The translations under genes were made by a program, and so were the position numbers. Of a stretch of 64,000 bases of DNA, positions 1-11,883 are shown in pieces. This stretch comes from Octopus sinensis (taxonomy: Eukaryota). The stretch spans positions 9,548,001 through 9,612,000 of the forward strand of contig NC_043000.1 in the NCBI RefSeq assembly GCF_006345805.1, written 5' to 3'. The notes beneath the pieces were generated by a model. It ran no database searches. It was not told the DNA's origin and saw only the letters and a list, made by a program, of their open reading frames with translations. The first letter of the stretch is position 1; every line of letters begins with the position of its first letter.

Positions 1-460
1 CTACAACTGATCCATTTAAAGGCCTAATAATAATAATAACAATAATAATGATAATCTTTTCTACTATAGGCATAAGGCCTGAAATTTTGTGGGAGGAGGC
101 TAGTGCATAACTAGCCCCAGTGTATAACTGGTGCCTATTTCATTGACACTCAAAGGATGAAAGGGAAAATCAACCTTGACAGTAGTTGATCTTAGAATGT
201 AAAGATGGATGAAATGCTGCTAAGGACTTTTACCCAGCATGCTAACAATTCTGCCATTTCAGCTGATTGAGGACGCCTTGATGGCGGATTTGTTCTATTA
301 AACCCTTCAAAGCAGTGCCCCAGCATGGCTGCTATCCATTGAGTGAAACAAGTAAAAGAAAATTTTAGTTTAGCCTTTGTAGAAAAAAATATTTGTATAT
401 GGTACCATAATGTTGTTTTTTTTTAAATAATTTTTCTCATCTTTAAAAATTTTTTTTCAG

Positions 461-583
461 ACAACTTGTCTATTCCTCATATTATGATTAGTTACCAATG
501 GGATGTCCAACCAATAATGCTAAAGATCAAAGAAAAATTGGAATTGGCTGGCTACAAAGTGTGGATGGATGTGGAGCACATGA
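461..583 (+). CDS. TIR-SAM gene, first exon in window (TIR betaA-alphaA-betaB); the gene's 5' part lies upstream of the window
   Basis: Acceptor tttttttcag (451-460) and donor GTAAGT (584). 123 nt, phase 1-1. Translates xNLSIPHIMISYQWDVQPIMLKIKEKLELAGYKVWMDVEHM, with the TIR_2-type (I)MISY and VWMD motifs. Confidence 0.93.
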
Positions 584-614
584 GTAAGTTCTGTGAAGTT
601 ATTCATTAATATAT

Positions 615-719
<105 letters not shown>

Positions 720-1122
720 ATATGTATATAATATGTATATAATATGTATATATATATATGTGTGTGTACACATACAAAAAGGTTGACTCTCACTGCAGAT
801 ATGATTACCTTTTTCTTATGACAGTGTCGGGGTTGCGTGACATAAAACTTGGAATCGATGAAGTCAGAGGAAAAAATTAAAATTTAAAAAAAACAAACAA
901 CAAAAATAAACAAACAAAAAACTGAAAAAAAAAACTTCAGATCAACTGTCTTACAGTAAGTGTCATTAAATCTACAAGCATGGAATAAATCTGTCTTCAC
1001 ATGTGGCTTTGCCATCATTCACATGAATGCATAGATGTCACTGAAATCTCTATCAGATGTAGCTCTGTGTATCATCACTCTTTTAACAGTAACCATATAG
1101 CTTCTATGGACATAGTTTTGTA

Positions 1123-1180
<58 letters not shown>

Positions 1181-2019
1181 TGATATCACATCTCCATTCT
1201 GAATGTTATGTTAGTTTTAATACTTTTGAAGAAGCATTAAACCATATTAACAAATTAAAATAGTTTCTTAGAATCATGCCTGCTGACGTTTTCATGTATT
1301 TCAAAAAATAGAAAATTAGCATGATAAAAATCTCAGTAGTAAAGCCATCCATGTTATACCCACACACACATGTGCACACAAACACACACATACATTATGC
1401 CTTTCTTAAATGTACTTGGTAACTAGAAAATTTTAGATAGATACAAAATTAAATTTAGTATAGTACAGAATTCATTCTATTTTTTAAATTTCTACTCATT
1501 GAAATATCTTTTTTTAATATCATTCTTTCACTCTTTTTATCGTATTTGTATTTGGAAGAAAAAAAAAAAGCATGGAGAAGACTCTCTAGTCATGCAAAGG
1601 ACAGACAACTTCTTTAGTGCTGGTGCTATGATAAAATACACCAAATGTTCTGTAAAGTGGTTGGTAAGTAAAAAAGAGAGGCAATGTTGAGTGGAGAGGA
1701 TTCTTTGATCTTGCTAAAAACATGACAACCTCTCTTAGATTTTCAAAAACATTACTGACTTGAGAGATGAATAACAATAGTGCATAAAACCACCCCCACA
1801 CACACATCATCACCATCATCATTATTGTCATCATTATCATCATTGTCATCTCTAATAGTTTTTATTTCTTTCTATGTTGTTGATTAAAAAGAAAAGAGTA
1901 CTCAATACTAAGTTAGCAGAGTAAATATAAATATAGATTAGAGCTTCTTTGCCTTTGCTCTGAAGTTTTCTCTCGTCCTACATCAACATTATATCAAAAC
2001 CCAATCCATTAGACTAAAG

Positions 2020-2590
2020 TAGGTGCAGGAGTGGCTGGGTGGTAAGAAGCTTGCTTCCCACCCACATGGTTCCAGCTTCAGTCCTACCTTGAGCAAGTGT
2101 CTTCTACTATAGCCTCAGGCTGACCAAGGTCTTGTAAGTGGATTTGGTGGAAAGAAACTGAAAGAAGCCTGTCATATATATATCATCATCATCATCATTT
2201 AACGTCCGCTTTCCATGCTAGCATGGGTTGGACGATTTGACTGAGGGCTGGTGAACCAGATGGTTGCACCAGTCTCCAATCTTGATTTGGTAGAGTTTCT
2301 ACAGCTGGATGCCCTTCCTAACGCCAACCACTCCGAGATATATATATATACACGTGTGTGTGTGTGTGTGTGTGTGCGTGCATGCATATTTGTTTGACAG
2401 TGTTTGTCCCCCACCATCGCTTGACAACCGATGTTGGTGTGTTTACATCTCTGTGACTTAGGAGTTTGGCAAAAATGAGACCGATAGAATAAGTACTAAG
2501 CTTACAAAGAATAAGTCCTGGGATCAATTCCTTCAACTAAAGATAGTACTCCAGCATGGCCACAGTCAAATGACTGAAACAAGTAAAACA
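2020..2590 (+). mobile_element. tRNA-derived SINE (family S1), interrupted by an RTE 3' fragment
   Basis: Head taggtgcaggagtggctg..ggtaagaagcttgc, core ccttgggcaagtgtcttctactatagcc, internal TA/TG microsatellite, tail gaaacaagtaaaa. Other S1 copies or parts lie near 2925, 6370, 17554, 22685, 23975, 35225, 36530, 37163, 55615(-), 57075, 57810(-), 59547, 60160(-) and 62185. Confidence 0.85.
2182..2337 (-). mobile_element. 5'-truncated RTE LINE 3' end inserted in the SINE's internal (TA)n
   Basis: Matches the 3' ends of the long RTE copies ((ATC)n-tttaacgtccgctttccatgctagcatgg); (TA)n on both sides. Confidence 0.85.
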
Positions 2591-2766
2591 ATTAAAAAAA
2601 AAAGAAAATATTGAATAAGAAATTAACCAATATCATTGATAATTTGAAGTTGTCATAATCTCCTGAAACTGATCACAAAGAAAGAGGTTGAGTGAAAAAA
2701 AATGCTATACAATTCCTTTAAATAGAATGCAGTTTAATCACAACAGATTTGTCTTTCATATTATAG

Positions 2767-2868
2767 GTGGATCTACATTAGAAGCAATGGCCCTAGCTGT
2801 CGAGAGGTCAGCTGTTGTACTAATTGGAGTTTCACAAAGTTACAAAGATAGCCCAAACTGTCGCACAG
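2767..2868 (+). CDS. TIR-SAM gene exon (TIR BB loop to alphaC)
   Basis: Acceptor ttatag (2761-2766) and donor GTAGGT (2869). 102 nt, phase 1-1. (S)GSTLEAMALAVERSAVVLIGVSQSYKDSPNCRT(E), in frame with both neighbouring exons. Confidence 0.93.
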
Positions 2869-3812
2869 GTAGGTCAATTTGAGGGAGCTGACTTTTCTTT
2901 TTAACAATTGATATATATCCAGGTGTGGCGGTCTGGTAAGAAATTTACTTTCCAATCATGATTTTTAAGTTCAGTTCCATTGTGTGGCTACTTGGGCCAG
3001 TGTCTTCTACTATAGCCTCAGACCAAACTTTTGTGAGTGGATTTGATACGCTGAAAAATAAAAGAAGCCCGTTGACACATATATACATTCATACATACAT
3101 ACAAACATACATCTATACATACATACATACACACATACATTCATACATACATACATACAAACATACATACAAACATACATACAAACATACACACATACAT
3201 ACATACATACGTACATACAAACATACATACGTACATTCATACATACATACATACATACATATATAATGTGGGCATGTATGTCTGTGTGTGTTATTGTCTC
3301 CTTTGACTTTACATGATAGTTATAAATGAGTGTCACCATCAGACATATACATGGTGTCCCTTGTTTCCAGTCTTCCATGAAAACATGTCTGGTCGTGAGA
3401 AAATATCTTATTTGGAAACAGGTCAGGTATTGGTGACAGGAAGGGCATCTGGCTATCAAAAATGGAAAAGTGGATGTTAGATAATAATGGTGATATATTC
3501 TTCTATGTGTTGTCATAGTTACACACTATTAGGATGACATATTTCTACAACTATACAGAATTGAAATTTTTCTTTACTGAGAACAATGTGTGGGATGCTA
3601 TACTTGTAGTTGTAAATAGTTTTAACTGGAATGTCTTTGTGTTTTCGGTTGTACAGCACTTTTGGCTAGTATCTTCTACAATAGCATTGGGTTGACCAAA
3701 GTGTTGCGAGTGGATTAAGCAGATGGAAAATGAAGGAAGCTTGTAATGTGCACATGCATGCACTCACACACACATATACACACACTCACACACACATATA
3801 CACACACTCACA

Positions 3813-4620
3813 TACAAAGTGCATTGCAAACGGTTTGAGACATTTTCAAGAGAAACATTTATTAATTTTAAAGATGTACAAAACTCTAACATCTTTCAAA
3901 GCATGATCCTCTAACTTTAATACTCTCATAGCATTCCAGCCACTTTGTGTAGGCCCAATCATCCAAAGTGAAGGCATCCAGGACCTTTGTCACAGTCACA
4001 ACTTCCCTCATCTCCTCCTGCAGCTTATAGAACAACCAAAAGTCACAGGGAGCAATGTCTTGACTGTAGGGAAGATAAGGGAAAGTTTTGATCTCTATCC
4101 ATTTTTGTCAAGTAGTTGCTTCCTAGGATGGAATTGTTGGCTGGTACATTATCCTGGTGCAGGTACTCTGACCTTTTCCGATGAAATTTCTTCCTGAGCT
4201 CCCTCAAAGCCTCTACAAAATGTACTGTTTGTTGACTGTCTGGCAAGAGGAACCCCAGTGGATGTAGATGATGCTCTTGTTGCCAAAAAATAAAAAGGGA
4301 TCATCATGAACTTCCTTGTAGACTTGCTTTGCCTGGCCTCTAGTGACATCAAAAAACTGATGCCCAGTTCATCCAAACTAATCCATAAGCAGCCTGAAGT
4401 ATTTTATAAGTTTCTCTAGTGTTTTTGCCCACTTAATACGAAAACTCATTGCATAGTGAGATTCCAAATTGTCTTCATGTCCCAAATGCATTCAGCAACT
4501 TGGTCATCCATGACAAGTAGTTTTTAGCAGGTTGTGTTCAAAGAGCTGTTACAGTCATCTCCTTCAAACTGGAATAATAAATGTACAGTAACAATATAAT
4601 AAAATTACAATAATCTGGTA
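3813..4620 (-). pseudogene. degraded mariner-type transposase remnant
   Basis: Minus-strand HQDNVPAN followed, after a frameshift, by PYSQDIAPCDFWLF (mariner YSPDLAPxD motif). TIRs are eroded, so boundaries are approximate. Confidence 0.75.
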
Positions 4621-4683
4621 CAGCTATAGCTGCTTCTCCTCAGAAAGTTTCAAAACTTCTGGAATGTTACTTGTTTGTATGTA

Positions 4684-4714
<31 letters not shown>

Positions 4715-4717
<3 letters not shown>

Positions 4718-4876
4718 AATGTAATAAGTGACAATTATTCGGTAGCCATTATAAAACTCATAGCATTTTTTCCAATGGCCAGATAACTGAAGAGATGGCA
4801 GCGTGGATTTCCATCCCTACATCCGAAACTCAGAATTTTATCATGGCTACCGAATAATTGTCACTATTACATTTAC
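4715..4876 (+). mobile_element. Penelope-like fold-back remnant with hammerhead-like motif (about 4780-4846)
   Basis: About 44-bp inverted arms at 4715-4759 and 4833-4876. Motif: gataa CTGAAGA gatg..catc c GAAA CTC A GAAT T ttatc. Confidence 0.55.
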
Positions 4877-4935
4877 AGATAAATTCCTTTATTTACATAA
4901 TATTGAGGTCTCTTTTATTGTCTTACCATTTCTAT

Positions 4936-4973
<38 letters not shown>

Positions 4974-5471
4974 AAAGGTTTGAAAATGCAATTTAAACAA
5001 TGTTTATTTACTTAACCGGTTTCACTCTTTGGTAAAAGATTGTCAAAAGTAACATTGAATATTATGGGTTCAAAACAAGTTTTTTACATAATTGTCACAT
5101 TGAATATTATGAATTCAAAAATGTTTTTTTATACATAATTGTCACATTACATGTATAAATATAGTGTTTGGTAACAGAGATATGTTAAGAGCATAAAAAA
5201 GTTCAATAGTGTGATGAGAATATTTGGAAAAATTGGCAGAAAAGAATAAAACAAATATATTATTGGAAATTTGGTTGCGTTAATTATTGGTTGTCGCAAA
5301 TTGTCACATTACATGTATATATATACAGTCTTTGGTAGAAAGGACATGTTAAAGACATAAGGAAGTGTAATAGTTTGGTGAGAACGCTTGTAATATTGAC
5401 AGAGAAAATTAAAATGGATATTTTAGACATCTCAGAATATTTTGAATCAAAGGCGAGAACTTATATATATA

Positions 5472-5860
5472 CTAGCAGTATCGCCCGGCGTTGCTCGGGT
5501 TTGTAAGGGAAATAATTATATAAGCATTTTTAGAGATGTAAAGTATAATAGCCATCTCAATATGGCTAACCACAAAGGGGGAGGGGTGTTACTGTAGCTT
5601 TTTACGTTCTGAGATTTAATAATAAATTTTAGAGAGTTACTTCCCTTATATATGTCAAAAATGGATTAAAAATGGGAAAAATTGATGGTAAATTTTTTTT
5701 TAAATCGTAGACTCATCGTAGACGCGTGCTAATACCCAGACGGTCTCGATATGAATCACGACTATAAGATACCCGGTTAAACTGCACCGCAAAATGTGGG
5801 AGTAGTTAGGAATCTAAATCGTAGGAGACAGACACACAACCTCACTTTTATATATAAAGA
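5472..5860 (-). mobile_element. non-autonomous Helitron
   Basis: On the minus strand it starts A|TCTTTATATATAAAAG and ends with hairpin cccgagcaacgccggg, 8 nt, CTAG|T. Inserted between A and T, no TSD. Confidence 0.8.
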
Positions 5861-5959
5861 TTTCCTCTATTTACATAATATTGAGGTCTCTTTCTTTCTT
5901 TTGTTATCTTACTTTTTACCAATATACATATATACATATATATATATAAATATATATAT

Positions 5960-6282
5960 AGTTACAGAGATGTACTTGCATAGCAAGTGACTTGATCTGA
6001 GATCGTGTGCTGGAACGAAAACAGTTGCAGCGTTGAAGGTGTTTATAAGCCATTTAAGAAACACACAAAACCGTTAGATTCACTTCAACATTTAAATTTA
6101 ATTTGTCAAAATATTTTCGTCGCTTTGAGACCGCGACCTGTTAGCACGATATTTTTGTCAGTGAACAGGTCACGGTCTCAAAGCGACGAAAATATTTTGG
6201 CAAATTAAATTTAAATGTTGAAGTGAATGTAACGGTTTTTGTGTGTTTCTTAAATGGCTTACAAACACCTTCCACGCTGCAA
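5960..6282 (+). mobile_element. Penelope-like fold-back remnant
   Basis: About 118-bp inverted arms at 6025-6142 and 6164-6282 (about 5 substitutions, 1 indel) around a 21-nt loop; flanked by (TA)n; carries the hammerhead-like motif listed separately. Confidence 0.65.
6154..6204 (+). ncRNA. type I minimal hammerhead-ribozyme-like motif with G3:C8 core swap
   Basis: Stem I TTTGTCA/TGGCAAA; core GTGAACA(G); stem II GTCAC/GCGAC (GTCGC in the inverted arm); GAAA; palindromic stem III AATATT; H17 = U. Confidence 0.6.
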
Positions 6283-6643
6283 TATATATATACACACATA
6301 TATATATATGTATGTATGTATGTGTGTATATGTGTATGCATGTATGTGTGTGTGTGTGCGTGTCTGTGCTTGTGATTGTCCTCCACCATTGCTTGACAAC
6401 GAATGTTGGTTTGTTTACATCCCTGTCACCTAGTGGTTTGACAAAGGAAACAGATAGAATAAGTACAATGCTTACAAAAATAAAACTGGAGTTGATTCAT
6501 TAAACTACAATTCTTCAAGGCATTGCCCCAGCATGGCCACAGACCAATGGCTGGAAAAAGCAGAAGAATAAAAGAATACATTCTCTGCTTTGGTCTTATG
6601 TTCAAGGCATGAGAAAGCTTGAGTTTACATGAGAAGGCCTAAC

Positions 6644-6902
6644 AGACCTGGTAGAAACAGCAGCCAAATCTCCCTCAAATCACACCTTACTGTCTTGTGT
6701 ATGTATATATATATGAGCCAATGAGGGGGACCTCTACATGGTAGCTAGACCTGGTAGAAATAGCAGCCAAATTTCCCCCAAATCACACCTTACTGTCTTA
6801 TCTATGTATATATGTATGAGCCTATGAGGGAGACCCCTACATGGCAGCTAGACATGGTAGAAATAGCAGCCAAATCTCCCTCAAATCACACCTTACTGTC
6901 TT
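6644..6902. repeat. 103-bp tandem repeat, about 2.5 copies
   Basis: agac(c/a)tggtagaaa.agcagccaaat... recurs at 6644, 6747 and 6850. Confidence 0.85.
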
Positions 6903-7532
6903 ATCTTTCTGCTACTTGGATATAGGTCTTATATTCTTCGTAAAAAACTTTCCTGTCACACACTCACGCACACGCTCACACACACGCACCCTCACACACA
7001 CACACATGCGCACACACACTCACACACACGCACGTTAGCTTACAATTTTATTTATATATTTGCGTGTCTATGTGTGGAAAGAGGAAGTGGGAGGCAGAGT
7101 GAAAGAATCACTCACTACAGTAAGTCAATTACTTTCATTTTATTCGTTGCCCACTGTGTGTGTGCGTTTGCGTGTGGTGTAAACCAGACTAAGAAAAGTA
7201 TTTGACACACACACCAGAATGTGAGTTTTCTGTAAATTTTGCTTAATTGGAGTTTAAATTTTAAAAACTGGACCTGGCATGACGCGATGCATTGTACTCT
7301 CAAAAATGCTAGGTAAATTGTAATTGAAGAAATCCTATATTGTAGATTTGTATAACTCCCAAAGGGAGGCAGATAAAATCTGCTTTTATAATAAGAGATA
7401 AAATTCACACACACACCCACACACACAAAATACAAACCTATAGCGTACACACTCAAATATATCTCTACATACCGCACACACACACAAACAATGTATTCAC
7501 ATATACACACATACCATGCATATACACACACA

Positions 7533-7573
<41 letters not shown>

Positions 7574-8500
7574 AAAACAAATACACATGTAAATACATAC
7601 ACATGTGTGTTGTGTGTGTATGTGTGTTATATATGTGTGTATATTATATATAGATACATGTTATATTTGTGTGCTGTGTGTATATATTATATATGTGGGT
7701 GCGTTGTGTGTGTGTGTTCTGTGTGTGTGTTGTGTGTATGTGGTGTGTGTTTGTATACTATGTGTGTGTGTGTGTGTGTATATATGTGTGTGACAAACAG
7801 ACGCTGTCTGACCAGCAGGCACATGGACACATCTATTCACACCCGCATACTCACCTCCCGATAACCCCAAAATCATTGATGCTTGAAGGGGAACCATAAA
7901 CCAAACTGGGTACACATCTTTTTTTCTCTCAATTCAACTTTTCTGCTAAAACAAACAGGTCAGTAAAAAACAAATTCTCGCCTTTGATTCAAAATATTCT
8001 GAGATTTCTAAAATATCCATTTTAATTTTCTCTGTCAATATTACAAGCTTTCTCACCAAACTATTACACTTCCTTATGTCTTTAACATGTCCTTTCTACC
8101 AAAGACTGTATATATATACATGTAATGTGACAATTTGTGACAACCAATAATTAACGCAACCAAATTTCCAATAACATATTTGTTTTATTCTTTTCTGCCA
8201 ATTTTTCCAAATATTCTCATCACACTATTGAACTTTTTTATGCTCTTAACATATCTCTGTTACCAAACACTATATTTATACATGTAATGTGACAATTATG
8301 TATAAAAAAACATTTTTGAATTCATAATATTCAATGTGACAATTATGTAAAAAACTTTTTTTGAACCCATAATATTCAATGTTACTTTTGACAATCTTTT
8401 ACCAAAGAGTGAAACCGGTTAAGTAAATAAACATCGTTTAAATTGCATTTTCAAACCTTTTTTCATATATAATCCCACTCGTGCGATACCCCACAACTCA

Positions 8501-8539
<39 letters not shown>

Positions 8540-8544
8540 TATAT

Positions 8545-11310
8545 ATCATCATCATCATCGTTTAACGTCCGTTCTCCCTGCTAGCATGGGTTGGACGGTT
8601 CGACCGGGGATCTGGGAAGCCAGAAGGCCGCACCAGGCTCCAGTCTTATCTGGCAATGTTTCTACAGCTGGATGCCCTTTCTAACGCCAACCACTCCGTG
8701 AGTGTAGTGGGAGATTTTTACGTGCCACCCGCACAGGTGCCAGGTGAGGCTGGCAACGGCCACGGTCGGATTGGTGCATTTTACGTGCCACCGGCACGGA
8801 AGCCAGTCAGGGTGGCACTGGCTTCGGCCATGATTTGGATGGTGCTTTTTACGTGCCACCGGCACGTAAGGCAGTCGAGGCGGCGCTGGCATCAGCCACG
8901 ATTCGGATAGTGCTTTTTACGTACCATCAGTCCAGGGGTCCTGGCATCTGCCGGGTACCAGTCATAGGATTGGTTCAATTTCGATTCCGATTTCGCTTTC
9001 ACTTGCCCCAACAGGTCTTTGCAAGCAAAGGGGGGTTGGCATGGGTGCCTGCGTCGGATGAGGTTCAATATTGACTTCGCTTGTCTCAACAGGTCTTTGT
9101 GTGTCCAAGGGAGGAAAGGCATGCATAAGTGGGCTGGACTCACTTGTCCTGCCTGGTCTTCTCGCGTACAGCATATTTCCAAAGGTCTCGATCGCTGGTC
9201 ATTTCCTCAGTGAGGCATAAAGTTCGAAGGTCGTGGTTCACCACCTCGTCCCAGGTTTTCCTGGGTCTACTTCTTCCACGGGTTCCCTCAACTGCTAGGG
9301 ATTGGCTCATTTTCACACACCTATCTTCATCCATTCTCACCACATGACCATACCAGCGCAATCGTCTTTCTTGCACACCACAACTGATGCTTCTTAGGTA
9401 CAACATTTCTCTCAAGGTGCTAACGCTCTGTCGAGTAAGTACACTGACATTACACATCCATCGGAGCATACTGGCTTCATTCCTCGTGAGCTTATGCATG
9501 TCCTCAGCAGTCACGGCCCATGTTTCACTGCCATGTAGCATAGCTGTTCGTACACATGCATCATACAGTCTGCCTTTTACTCTGAGCGAGAGGCCTTTAC
9601 TCACCAGCAGAGGTAAGAGCTCCCTAAACTTTGCCCAGGCTATTCTTACTCTAGCAGTTACACTTTCAGCGCACCCACCCCCACTACTGACTTGGTCACC
9701 TAGATAACGGAAGCTATCAACTACTTCTAGTTTTTCCCCCTGGAAAGTGACGGAAGTTGTTTTCTGCAGATTTTCAGAGGTTAATGCTCCCGAGCATCTG
9801 CCACATACAAAAACTATCTTCCCAGTTAGCCTTCCTTTGACATTGCTGCACCTCTTATGTGTCCATAGCTTACACTGGGTACATCTTATAGAGTTTCTAC
9901 CTACACCTTTTCTACAGATCGAGCAGGGCCATCTTCCTGAAGTACTTTGGTTTTAGCTTGGTTGATTCTAAGGCCTCTCGATTCTAAACCCTCCTTCCAC
10001 ACCTGGAACTTCTCCTCCAGTTCTGATAGTGACTCAGCAATTAGAGCAAGGTCGTCAGCATAGAGGCGCTCCCAGGGGCAACCCGTCTTGAATTCCTCCG
10101 TAATTGCCTGGAGGACTATGATAAATAGGAGGGGGCTGAGTACTGAACCCTGGTGGACCCCAACCTCTACTTTGAATTCTTCTGTGTACATGTTGCCAAC
10201 CCTAACCTTACTTACGGCATCCCTGTACATGGCTTGCACAGCCCTCACCAGCCATTCATCTATCCCTAGTTTCCTCATTGACCACCAGATAAGGGATCGG
10301 GGGACCCTGTCAAAGGCTTTCTCCATGTCAACGAAAGCCAGGTACAGGGGCTTATCTTTGGCTAGGTATTTCTCCTGCAGCTGCCTTACCAGGAATATAG
10401 CATCAGTGGTACTTTTCCCTGGCACGAACCCAAACTGCATCTCATCTAAACTAACTCTCTCTCTAATTAGTTGGGCTATGACCCTCTCCGTAACCTTCAT
10501 TACCTGATCCAACAGCTTGATACCTCTGTAATTATTTGTATCTAGGGCGTCACCTTTACCTTTGTAGCAGTTGACTAGTATGCTGCTTAACCAGTCATTG
10601 GGTATGACTCCTTCGTGTATCACCTGGTTAACTATACGGGTGACTAGGTTATAGTCGACACTGCCAGATATTTTGAGCATCTCTGCAGTAGTTCCTGATG
10701 GGCCTGGGGCTTTCCCTGTCTTCTTGCTTCTAATTGCTTTAACTACCAAAGAATTGTCAACTCGGATGGCTGGTCCCTCTGTTGGGTTGACATTTGGCAG
10801 ACTCTCTTTATCCCATTCATTTTCTTTATTCAGCAACCTTTCATAGTGGCATCTCCAAACCTCTCTCTTTGCATCCTCATTTAGCGCAAGTGAACCATCA
10901 TCCATGCGGGCACATTTCTCTCCTACCACATCACGATTCTCTCTCACACACTGTCTTGCAACACAAAATACCTCAAGTCTTTCATCCTCACGGCTCAGAA
11001 CATTGGCAAATTTTTTCTTATCCGCTTCCCCTCTGGCTAAATAAACCTGTCTCCTAGCTTCCCTTCTGGCTGTCTGATACAATTCCCTGCTACCACCGTT
11101 CTTCCAGTCCCTCCAAGCCTGTTTCTTTTGTCTAATAGCCCTGTCAACCACATTGTTCCACCACCACGTTACTCTGGGTTGAGATGGTACTTTGCTCCAT
11201 CCACAGATCTGGTCAGTGGCTGTCAGCAGATTGTCCCGTAGAAATCTCCAGTTGTCTTCCACATTAAGTGAAGCTATATCCCCTTCTATTTTGTCAAAGG
11301 CTTCGAGTAG
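8545..11310 (-). mobile_element. RTE-clade LINE copy 1, 5'-truncated, antisense within intron 2 of the TIR-SAM gene
   Basis: RT ORF 9901-11370 (QFGF, VHQGSVLSPLLF, YADD), frameshifted C-terminus 9140-9604, 3' UTR with 4 hairpin units, (GAT)n tail, (TA)n on both flanks. Confidence 0.95.
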
Positions 11311-11325
11311 TATATATATATATGT

Positions 11326-11460
11326 ATCAAAGTAAATGTGAAACAAGGTGGAAAAATAGTACTCGAACACCAGACGTAGAATAATGTTTTATTAAAAAGC
11401 ACCAAAAATATCACAAGAACTGTTACTCAGAGTTTCATATTCCCGTTCATGTAACAGTTT
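11326..11460 (-). mobile_element. Penelope-like remnant with partial hammerhead (3' half)
   Basis: Minus strand reads aaactgt tacatga acgggaatat GAAA CTC T GAGT A acagtt. Same family as 36793-36950 and 51140-51290 (shared caaggtggaaaaa.agtactc). Confidence 0.5.
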
Positions 11461-11667
11461 ATATATATATATATATATATATATGGAAGTGTAAAAGAGA
11501 AGTTGGAAGAAAGAAGAAATAGTAATTAGATGAAGAGTCCAGTTTGGAATGATAGGAACAAAATAGAAAAAAATCATTAAAAGGAAGATAAAATACATAG
11601 AATATCCAATAATATATCACATTATATTGCAAACTCACATGCATAAACTCTTTCATTCTGCTTTCAG

Positions 11668-11883
11668 AATCTGAATATGTTTTCCGATTGCGGAAAGACA
11701 TAATTCCACTTATGGTACAAAAGAACTATATTCCTGATGGGTGGCTCGGCATGCTTGTGGGAACAAGACTCTACTTTGATTTTAGTACTTCAAAAGACTT
11801 CGATATCCAGTTGCCTCGTCTCTTCAAGGAAATTGGCAACAGGGGTTTATTGGTGTCCAAAGATGAATCACTCATTAATGTTG
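11668..11883 (+). CDS. TIR-SAM gene exon (TIR C-terminal half and linker)
   Basis: Acceptor ctttcag (11661-11667) and donor GTTAGT (11884). 216 nt, phase 1-1. (E)SEYVFRLRKDIIPLMVQKNYIPDGWLGMLVGTRLYFDFSTSKDFDIQLPRLFKEIGNRGLLVSKDESLINV. Confidence 0.93.

Larger units (their letters stand above)
4964..8470. mobile_element. non-autonomous long-TIR (fold-back type) DNA element, with about 496-bp near-identical inverted arms
   Basis: 4964-5459 is the reverse complement of 7975-8470, with 6 substitutions counted by eye. The arms contain subrepeats (aattgtcacatt three times). No transposase recognised inside. Confidence 0.8.

Noticed and set aside
7661-7915. Transposase exon inside the long-TIR element
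   Set aside because: Short, partly microsatellite-derived, and no catalytic motif recognised.
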